DNA of 59,540 nt from a virus (Duplodnaviria > Caudoviricetes), in IMG/VR virus record IMGVR_UViG_3300044974_000308, positions 1 to 59,540 of that record; one strand, given 5' to 3'. Position numbers and translations under genes: made by a program. Shown here in pieces: positions 43,488 to 51,188 of the stretch. Numbering within the stretch: the stretch's first letter is position 1; each line of letters starts with the position of its first letter. The notes beneath the pieces were generated by a model, which saw only the letters and a program-made list of their open reading frames with translations, had not been told where the DNA came from and did not search any database.

Positions 43488-45308
43488 TCAAATGTTTTCG
43501 TTGGCGACTGCAAGCGCCTTTGCGACTGCTTCGTCAGGCTGTTCAAGAAGCGGCTTTGTTTCTTCCTGAGATATCTTATGCGCACGCATTAGCTGCGCAA
43601 GAAGCTTCTGCGCTGTCATGCCGACGCGGCCGCCGCTGGCTCGCTGCGTGCGGTCTTCTTCAGGCATAAAGGAAACATTGCCTTCGATTGGCTGCTGAAG
43701 CTTCGTCTGTCCTGCGACAGCGCCCGGAGTAGATAGTTCCGGCATAGACGGCATTGGCTCACGCAATGAAGTAGGAGCCATGCTTTCAAGCCACTGCCCC
43801 GGAAGCTTGAATGGCCGTTCAAGACGACCCATGCCATATGCAGTCTTGGCCGCGATTGACGGAACAGTCATCGCCAGCGCCGGAAGCGCCTTGACGCCAA
43901 CGCCGGCCATCAGGCCGCCGGCGAGCGTCTGGGTCAACCGCGGCGAATGCGCCTGCGCCAGTTCCTGCCCGGCGATATGGGCGCCAATATCAGGGTTGCG
44001 TGCCTCTAACTCATCAAGAAGTTCTTTCTTGTATGGATTTTTCTGAGCGCGAAGCAAAGCACGAAGATCGCGACCTGTCGTCTGTCCCTGACTGCGCGCA
44101 ATCAGTTCTTTTTCAAATTCGCGAATGTCTTTGCTGGCGTTCGCGTATTCGTCCATGATGTCTGCGTAACGCGGATCTTTCGACGCAATAGTCTGCTTGG
44201 CCGCATTTCTCGCGTTCGAAATGATGTCTTTTGACGCCGGATCGACGTATTTGTCGCCGATCCGATCAAGCGCCTTCTTCAGATCATCAAATCCTTCCAT
44301 CGTCTGATAGTAGGGATTTTCGGCTGCAGCGCGCTTAAACTCATTGACCTTCTGAGTCGCTTCCAAAATCGCTGCAGCAGCGTTCGGGTCGACTTCAATG
44401 CCTTCCGGGCCAGAATAGGCACGACGGCGCGCGTCAAGAAGCGCGTTCTCTACCGCATTGAACGGCAGAATATCGTTTCTGGCGTTGATGTCGGCCATGC
44501 CGGAAAGATAGTTTTCGCTTCTTTCCTTGACGACGTCGTTGATCGTATTGCGGACGTTCTTGACGACCTGCTCAGGCGTTACGGCGCCAGAAGCCGATTC
44601 CCAGAAAGCCGGATTGAGCGTATGGCCGGATTGACGAGCCGCCTGCAGGGTCTCTGAAGAAAGACCGGAAGCGGTATGAAGGCCGCCCATAATCGTCGCC
44701 GGCACAACGCCAGCGACAGTCTTCGCCGCTTTGAGCGGGGCGGTGAAAGGCGCAAGTGTCGCAGACTGAACAGCGCGGCCAGCTGCTCCGGCCATGCCCG
44801 GCAAGCGGCCGGCGCCAGTCGCCACGCCGCCGATGTCGGCAAGCACGCCAACAGGGTCTTCAGCAAAAGCCTTTTTGAAGCCTTCGGTCGAGCCGTATTT
44901 GTCTTTGTAGTGCGAGATCACGGCATTGATGACGGCTTCGTCGCTTGCCTTCTTGGCTGGCTCTTCTTCATAGCCCAAAGCGCCAAGCGCTTTAGACGCT
45001 GCGCCATACCCAAGCTGCCCAAGATTGACGGCCGTCTGGGGGATATTCTCAGGATAAAACGGCTCAATCATCGACTTTGCAGTCGTGACTGCGCTCTCCG
45101 GGAAAGCCTTGAGCGCACGGCCGGCTACTTCGCCATAGCCCATCGTCTTGTATTGGTCTTTCGGATATCCCGATTCTTCAAACTTGTAATCGAAAAGCGG
45201 ATTGCTCGACGCCGGAGCACGCTCAGGCTCTCGCCTTGCAGGCTCACGGCGCGCGGGCTTTTCCTCTGCCGTCTCTTCGAATGAATAGTCGAGAAGAGGA
45301 TTAGCCAT
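43488..45308 (-). CDS. Ejection (DNA transfer) protein
   Basis: Helical and A/G-rich; DPVG.LAD, FD.LK motifs; C-terminal RASGGRV; position after the large ejection gene. Confidence 0.65.
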   Translation of the reverse strand: MANPLLDYSFEETAEEKPARREPARREPERAPASSNPLFDYKFEESGYPKDQYKTMGYGEVAGRALKAFPESAVTTAKSMIEPFYPENIPQTAVNLGQLGYGAASKALGALGYEEEPAKKASDEAVINAVISHYKDKYGSTEGFKKAFAEDPVGVLADIGGVATGAGRLPGMAGAAGRAVQSATLAPFTAPLKAAKTVAGVVPATIMGGLHTASGLSSETLQAARQSGHTLNPAFWESASGAVTPEQVVKNVRNTINDVVKERSENYLSGMADINARNDILPFNAVENALLDARRRAYSGPEGIEVDPNAAAAILEATQKVNEFKRAAAENPYYQTMEGFDDLKKALDRIGDKYVDPASKDIISNARNAAKQTIASKDPRYADIMDEYANASKDIREFEKELIARSQGQTTGRDLRALLRAQKNPYKKELLDELEARNPDIGAHIAGQELAQAHSPRLTQTLAGGLMAGVGVKALPALAMTVPSIAAKTAYGMGRLERPFKLPGQWLESMAPTSLREPMPSMPELSTPGAVAGQTKLQQPIEGNVSFMPEEDRTQRASGGRVGMTAQKLLAQLMRAHKISQEETKPLLEQPDEAVAKALAVANENI

Positions 45309-48300
45309 TATCGGGCTCCCAAGAAGTAACGGCTCATGTGCCGCTCTTTCGGGATATTATACCTTTGCTCAAAGTATTCGTCGATCTGTTCAGGGCTAAC
45401 CTTGCGCTGTTTCATCATCTCAAAGACGACGGATCCGGGCGCAACGCGCTTTTCTTTGTCGCCTCTATCAAGCAGCATGCTCTTAATCGCATTCTGCTCT
45501 TCGGCATATTTCGCAGAGTCGTTTTTGCCCTCAAAGTCTGACATTGCGCCAGAATAAATACCGCGGCTGATTTTGCCCCATTCATCAGCATGACGTTTGC
45601 GGTCAATCGCCTTCTGATTGGTAATCATGTTTGAGGCCGCCACTTGAGCGGCTGCCCCCGGCTCTTTAGACAGATTGGGGAGCGCTTCCATGTTGGCGAT
45701 AAGCGCGCCGACGGCTTTCTGATCGGCGCCCTTCGCTGCGGCCTGCGCCTGCAGCGTGGTCAATTTGGTCATGACGTCATTATATTCTTTGGCGTTGCCA
45801 AAGAAGTTCTCGCCAGCGTCGAGACCGGGGATAGCGCGAACAGCGCGATTTAGAGCGCCAATCACGTCAGACGTAAATTCATAACCGGGGCCGGGAGCCG
45901 CGAGCAGTTTGCCGCTTGAAGCCTTTGCTACGATATCCGCCATCTCATTGTAGAAGATCTTCTGCTGATTGGCGGACATGGCGTCACGATTGGCGCCTTC
46001 GATATATTCGCGAGACGCCGTGCGGATGACGGGCTGGTCGGCGCTTCTCTGAAGATTGCGCGTTTCTGCCGCAGCAGCCTTCGCGGAGCCTTCGTCGAAA
46101 TTAACGCCGGGGATAGCCGCAGCCTTCGGCGCCGGAGCCGGCGCAGGAGGAACTGCGGTCGTCTTTACAGGCGGCAATTTCGGAACGTCTGCGGCGCCGG
46201 GAGCGCCTGCAGGGGCTGCGGGGCCGCCTCCTACAGGCGTCCCTGCCGGGCCGGGGGCTTGACGCGCTGCGGGAGTAACAGCGGAGCCCGTGGTCGACAA
46301 GCCGCGGTGAATCTGGCGCGCAAGTTCCGCGGCCGCGCTGCCGCCGGCGAGCGGCTCGCCGCTCTCCATCCATTCGTAAAGCGGCTTCATGCTGCCATCC
46401 GACAGCTGGACGAACCAGTTCGGATTTTCGGCGCTGCCAAAGTTCTTGAAGCCAAGATCGCGGGCTTCCTGCAGGACGCGGAACGTCTCTGCCGGCACCT
46501 TCTCCGCTTCTTCGCGGGTAAGCATACCCTGCGAGCGCAGCAGTTCCTGTTCGGCGCGCAGCTTCTCCTGTTCTTCCAGCGTCGTGCCCATATCCAGATA
46601 GCCCTTGGCGCCAGCGCCAACGCCTTGCAGGATAGCGGAGCCAAGGAAGCGGCTGGGGGATGACGCCATAGCGCCAAGGCCCATCAGCGCCGGGATAACC
46701 AGACGCTCAGGACGCTCGGAGATCTCTTCCGTAAAGCTGCGGTCTTTGGGCGCAACAGACGAGCGGCTTAGAACTTCGCGCGCCGGGCCGACGCCTTCAG
46801 ACGAAGCGCGGAAAGACCGCGCGCCGGCCGGAAGCTTGGACAGGTCGAAGTCGCCGCCGCCCATGACGCCAGCAACATATTTCTGCGTCTCTTGCGGCAG
46901 GTAGTTCAGATAGTCGCGGCCGGTCGCTTCGGAACGCGCAAGCGCACGACGGACAGCGCCGGGGCCGGCATTATACGCAGCTGCGGCGAGATCGGTTCTG
47001 CCAAAGTCGGAAAGCTGCTTATTGTAATAGGCTTTGCCAAGCGCTTCGTTGTAATCAGGATCGCGACGATATTTCACCGGGTCATATTCAACGCCAGCAA
47101 GCTTGGCGGCTTCGGGAGCCGTGCCGGGCATAACCTGCGCAATGCCTGCGGCGCCCTTCGGCGATGTTAGCGTCTCACCGCTTTTATCAAATTGATGACC
47201 GCCGGATTCGCGATGGATCATGCGGCGCCAAGTCTTGTCGGCGTCACTCTCTTCCTCCGGCTTAACTCCGCCATCGGCGTAGCCCAGACCCTGCTTCAGG
47301 CGACGGTCGGAGAACATCGCCATGACAGCCGGAATAGCAGTTGCCGCGCTGGAAGCCATCGACGCGATGTCTTTGCCCATGCCGACGATCTCAGACAGCT
47401 TGCTGCGACCGGAGCCGCCGCCAGAGGCGTCGTCATCGTCTTTGGGCTTTTCAAGTTCAGCCGGCTTCTGCGCCTTCAGGACGTCAGAAGGGAAGTATTC
47501 AGGAGCGCCGCCATCGGCATATCCAAGAAGGCCCTTCAGGCTCGAAAGCGCGCCGGGCTTGTCCTTCGTGCCAGACAGCCAGTCTTTGGCCGCGCCGATA
47601 TCTTTGCCGTAACCAACAAGTTCCTTGCCGGTCGACATGATCTGGCCTAAGCCAGTCTGCTCAGGCGGCCGCGCCACGGGAGGCGGAGAGCTAGGCGTCA
47701 TCAGACGGCCCGGCTGGATAGCGGTCGACGGGACATAGCCTTTCGCGCCGCCGCCGGGCATAGCGCCGGCTTCCTGCCCATAGAGGCCCGGCATAGCGCC
47801 GCCAAGGCCGCCATACATCTTCCTGTGCGCTTCGGCCAAGGCGGACATTTCGCCGCTTGTCAGGCCGCCATCGGCATAGCCGCCGGCAGAATAGCCGCCG
47901 CGCCAATAATCCTTGCCCGGCTCCATATCAATGACTGCGCCGCCCATGCGGGCGTTTTCAGTCGCGCGGTCATAATCGACGACGTCATAGCCGGTCTGCG
48001 GGTCGCGAGCGACAGCGTCAGGCCGCACTTCGTCAGACATAAGGCCAATCTGCGCAGGGCCAGTCTGGCCTGTGCGAGGATCCGTAAGGCGGTAGCTGTA
48101 GACGCCCTCGCCGCTATCCAGATGGCCTACCCGCTCAGGCTCGCCGCCGCGTGCATATGCCTGCCCCAGACCCTGCTTGAGACGCGGATCGGAGAAGAAG
48201 GGCTGATATTGCGGCTGCTGCCAATTGTATTGGGTCGATCCAAAAAGTGGCCCGGCGCCAGTGACGGCGCCAGTATAGAACTGCGACGTCTGGAACGGAT

Positions 48301-49018
48301 ATGCGCGCTCTTGCAGGAACTGGTTATAGAGCGCCTGAAGGCCGGCTTGCTGCGTCTGCTGCTCGACAGTGCCAGCGCCCATAAGCGCCTGCGCCGCCTG
48401 CAGGCCAGCCTGCTGGGCGCCAGCGCCCAACGTGCCGAATTGGCCGCCGGCCTGAAGCTGGCGCGCGAGATCCGTCTGGGCCGCCTGCATCGCCGGCGCA
48501 TAGCCGGCCTGCATGATGTCGCCCATCGTCTTGCCGGTAGCGAGATCCTGCTGGCCGCGAAGAAGCTGGCGTTGAAGACCGGCGCGCTCACCGCCGAAGG
48601 CGCCGCCCTTGATGGCCTCCGCCTGCTGCTGGGCGCGCTGCTGGCCCTGCTGCTGGCCCAGAAGAGCCATCGTAGGGAGAGCGACCGAACTGGTGTAAGG
48701 CGAAATATATTTGCCGACGATCTCAGGCGCCGACGTCGTGCCGGCCAGTCCCGTCAGGCCCGCTGCGGCGCCATAGAAAGGCTGCGCCGCCTGCTGTTGC
48801 TGCATGATGTTCTGGGTAGCAAGCCGCTGCGTTCCCGTGAGGGGCGCGACAAAAGCTTCCGGGCTTTCTGAATAGCGCTGGAAGGGCGTCTGCGAGACCT
48901 GCTCTGCGCGACCTATCGCCTTTTGATAAGCGGCGCGAACTTCCGGCGGAATCTGGGTCGATTGCACCGACTGCGGCATGAAGGGATTAATAGGAGCGGT
49001 TGAAGTTTTGCTACCCAT
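45308..49018 (-). CDS. Large ejection protein with S74-like domain and lytic transglycosylase
   Basis: Q/A/G-rich pilot-like N-terminus (Y.SPY, GAFGG.R); SD.RLK...IGLM..EV.P.AV...VDY; ES.G...S.KGA.G.AQ.MP.TA...AAYNAGPG...ET..YV. Confidence 0.8.
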   Translation of the reverse strand: MGSKTSTAPINPFMPQSVQSTQIPPEVRAAYQKAIGRAEQVSQTPFQRYSESPEAFVAPLTGTQRLATQNIMQQQQAAQPFYGAAAGLTGLAGTTSAPEIVGKYISPYTSSVALPTMALLGQQQGQQRAQQQAEAIKGGAFGGERAGLQRQLLRGQQDLATGKTMGDIMQAGYAPAMQAAQTDLARQLQAGGQFGTLGAGAQQAGLQAAQALMGAGTVEQQTQQAGLQALYNQFLQERAYPFQTSQFYTGAVTGAGPLFGSTQYNWQQPQYQPFFSDPRLKQGLGQAYARGGEPERVGHLDSGEGVYSYRLTDPRTGQTGPAQIGLMSDEVRPDAVARDPQTGYDVVDYDRATENARMGGAVIDMEPGKDYWRGGYSAGGYADGGLTSGEMSALAEAHRKMYGGLGGAMPGLYGQEAGAMPGGGAKGYVPSTAIQPGRLMTPSSPPPVARPPEQTGLGQIMSTGKELVGYGKDIGAAKDWLSGTKDKPGALSSLKGLLGYADGGAPEYFPSDVLKAQKPAELEKPKDDDDASGGGSGRSKLSEIVGMGKDIASMASSAATAIPAVMAMFSDRRLKQGLGYADGGVKPEEESDADKTWRRMIHRESGGHQFDKSGETLTSPKGAAGIAQVMPGTAPEAAKLAGVEYDPVKYRRDPDYNEALGKAYYNKQLSDFGRTDLAAAAYNAGPGAVRRALARSEATGRDYLNYLPQETQKYVAGVMGGGDFDLSKLPAGARSFRASSEGVGPAREVLSRSSVAPKDRSFTEEISERPERLVIPALMGLGAMASSPSRFLGSAILQGVGAGAKGYLDMGTTLEEQEKLRAEQELLRSQGMLTREEAEKVPAETFRVLQEARDLGFKNFGSAENPNWFVQLSDGSMKPLYEWMESGEPLAGGSAAAELARQIHRGLSTTGSAVTPAARQAPGPAGTPVGGGPAAPAGAPGAADVPKLPPVKTTAVPPAPAPAPKAAAIPGVNFDEGSAKAAAAETRNLQRSADQPVIRTASREYIEGANRDAMSANQQKIFYNEMADIVAKASSGKLLAAPGPGYEFTSDVIGALNRAVRAIPGLDAGENFFGNAKEYNDVMTKLTTLQAQAAAKGADQKAVGALIANMEALPNLSKEPGAAAQVAASNMITNQKAIDRKRHADEWGKISRGIYSGAMSDFEGKNDSAKYAEEQNAIKSMLLDRGDKEKRVAPGSVVFEMMKQRKVSPEQIDEYFEQRYNIPKERHMSRYFLGAR

Positions 49019-49053
49019 TTACAGGCTCCAAATCGCAGTCGGTGTGCAGATCA

Positions 49054-49548
49054 TTATTCTGCCGCCTCTTGATGCCACTCGCCGGTCTTGCCGCCGTAGA
49101 GGAAATACGCCCCGGCCGGTTGACCAAAGAGCCGCTCATACATCTTTACCTTACTTCTCGTTCGGGTGTTAGAGACAACGCCGATGACAAGAGGTATTCC
49201 AAGTTCATCCGAAACTTTTTTTCCAAATTCGCAAAGCTTACGAGCCCTTCCTCCCTTGGCGCTGCGAAATTCCGGGTGAACAAAGACGCATTTTTCTTCT
49301 ATTATTGGATCATCACTATACCACAAGGTTCCGATTCTGAGCAAAACCAAGCCTTCTAGTTGCTGACCCGGCTCGCCGATCAGGCCCATGACGCCAAAGT
49401 CCTGCGTCAATCCAGCCCAAACGTCGGCCAAAAGCTTTTCTGTGTTGGGGACAGATATCCCGTTTTCGCGGCATGCCAGAACGGCAAGTTCCATTACGGC
49501 GTGGATATCATCTTTTGTCCCTATCCTAACTTTTACCTCTTCACTCAT
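49054..49548 (-). CDS. GNAT-family acetyltransferase-like virion-module protein
   Basis: FVHPEFRS..GGRA.KL motif A; K...YER.FG. Confidence 0.7.
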   Translation of the reverse strand: MSEEVKVRIGTKDDIHAVMELAVLACRENGISVPNTEKLLADVWAGLTQDFGVMGLIGEPGQQLEGLVLLRIGTLWYSDDPIIEEKCVFVHPEFRSAKGGRARKLCEFGKKVSDELGIPLVIGVVSNTRTRSKVKMYERLFGQPAGAYFLYGGKTGEWHQEAAE

Positions 49549-49561
49549 CGCAAGTCCCTTC

Positions 49562-50080
49562 CTAATCCTTGCGTGGCCCCGGTAACGCTTTCAGTGTATT
49601 GATCAGCTGCGCTCTCGCCAGCTTCACAAACTTGTCCATCTCGTTATGCGCGAGATCCATATCCCCAAATATATCCTGCAGAGATTCAGGCGTGACAATA
49701 TATTCGCCGCCAGCCGCGACGATTTCAGTCGCTTCCCCGCCGCCATAGACCTGCCGGCCAAAGACTTTGTTTAGCGCCCGGAAGCCAGCCATCGTGTTGC
49801 CCTCTCCAAGAGAGGAAACAATATCAGCCGGAATAACATAGCAGCCAGAAGGAACGTGGATAGGTAAATGATCAGTCCTGCCAGACACATTGCTATGGAT
49901 TGGGCCAACGTGAGCTTTGTCCTTCTCAGGCGCGTCAGGAAGATCGCCGCCTTCTGCGCGCGAACGTCGAGCTGTTGATAGAGCAGCCGCTACGGCCTGA
50001 TCCTGCGGACGGCCAGCGTGGATCATCTCAGAAATATTCGATGAGATCGTTTTCTGTGATTTTCCCATTTTGAGCGGCAT
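49562..50080 (-). CDS. Small GG-motif protein with 'D.LP....G.YV.PA..V..LG' domain (candidate maturation peptidase)
   Basis: MPL..GKS..IS.NI.E...QAVA.ALS.AR leader; RAEGG; two GxY(V/I) units. Confidence 0.6.
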   Translation of the reverse strand: MPLKMGKSQKTISSNISEMIHAGRPQDQAVAAALSTARRSRAEGGDLPDAPEKDKAHVGPIHSNVSGRTDHLPIHVPSGCYVIPADIVSSLGEGNTMAGFRALNKVFGRQVYGGGEATEIVAAGGEYIVTPESLQDIFGDMDLAHNEMDKFVKLARAQLINTLKALPGPRKD

Positions 50081-50084
50081 GTTC

Positions 50085-50678
50085 TTAATCCAAAGAGTAG
50101 ATGACGTTGAGCGATTGGCCGGCGCCCGGCTCGACGACAAGGCCAGTCGTAAAAGGAGCGCCTATTTGAACAGTGGCGACAGAAGCCGCAGTCGCCGTAA
50201 TGCGATTAGCGGCTTTCTGATTAAACACTGTTCCAGCTTGCGTCTGGTTGCCAGTCTGGGCGCTGGCGAAAGTCACAGTATTAGCAGTTGCAGCTGTCAC
50301 GACATATGTGCCGTTATATCCCAAAGGAGCGCCGCCGTTATCGCAGATCGTGTTTGCAACGATAACTGTGTCGCCAACAGCAAAAGAATAATCCGGCCGA
50401 TAATTCACTGTTACGCTGCCCGGAGCGGGAACGCCACCTTGCAAAAGCGTCGTGATCGGCAGAATAGAATCGTAGATCCAGCCTGCGGCGCCGGCGACAG
50501 TCACAGTATAGGCAATCAATATGCCCGGCCCACGCGCTATTTCCGTTCGCGAAGAAACCGTCAGAGAACGATATTGGCCCGTGATGCGCTTGCGAAATAT
50601 ATTAACGCTATCGGTCAACGCATTGATTGCGACGACGCCGTTCTTTTGTGTTGTGAGGATGTCGTCCAGAGTAGCGAT
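50085..50678 (-). CDS. Virion structural protein (probable ATC start at 50678)
   Basis: AGGAGG-N5-ATC in frame, giving (M)ATLDDILTTQKNGVVAIN; C-terminal GLVV.PG.GQ...V.YS. Confidence 0.65.
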   Translation of the reverse strand: MATLDDILTTQKNGVVAINALTDSVNIFRKRITGQYRSLTVSSRTEIARGPGILIAYTVTVAGAAGWIYDSILPITTLLQGGVPAPGSVTVNYRPDYSFAVGDTVIVANTICDNGGAPLGYNGTYVVTAATANTVTFASAQTGNQTQAGTVFNQKAANRITATAASVATVQIGAPFTTGLVVEPGAGQSLNVIYSLD

Positions 50679-50687
50679 GGAAGCCTC

Positions 50688-51188
50688 CTATGAAAATCTA
50701 GCATGGTCGCCAAAATATTGGCGAGCAGCAATCACATATGCATTATGAGCATCAGACGGGCTACTAAATTTAGTCCCGAGCGATTTACTCTTTCCATTTA
50801 TCTTTATATAGGCTCCCCACTTACCTGTGGATTTTACAAACGAAACACCCTTTAACCCAGAGGTATTGGTTGATGGAGTTTTTTTATTTGCGGCATTCAA
50901 TGATGTATTGGATATTCGTAAATTAGATATCCTATTATTTAATGGATCTCCATCAATATGATCGATGATGCCATCAGGCCAATTATTGTGATGCAATAGC
51001 CACGCGATACGATGCGCGCCATAATAACGACGCTCCATCATTATTTTCCGATATCCATTTGTATCTATCGTCCCAGCGATGGTGCCCGCAGAAATGCCTT
51101 GGCGTGAAATAGACCAGCGGATTTCACCAGTATCTGGGTCATATTGCAGCCGTTCAACGGCAATTTTTGCGATATGATGGTCTTCCAT
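50688..51188 (-). CDS. HNH homing endonuclease with AP2-like domain
   Basis: AHRIAW...IDHIDG..LNNR.SNLR; NTSG.KGV...W.A.I; AT-rich. Confidence 0.9.
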   Translation of the reverse strand: MEDHHIAKIAVERLQYDPDTGEIRWSISRQGISAGTIAGTIDTNGYRKIMMERRYYGAHRIAWLLHHNNWPDGIIDHIDGDPLNNRISNLRISNTSLNAANKKTPSTNTSGLKGVSFVKSTGKWGAYIKINGKSKSLGTKFSSPSDAHNAYVIAARQYFGDHARFS

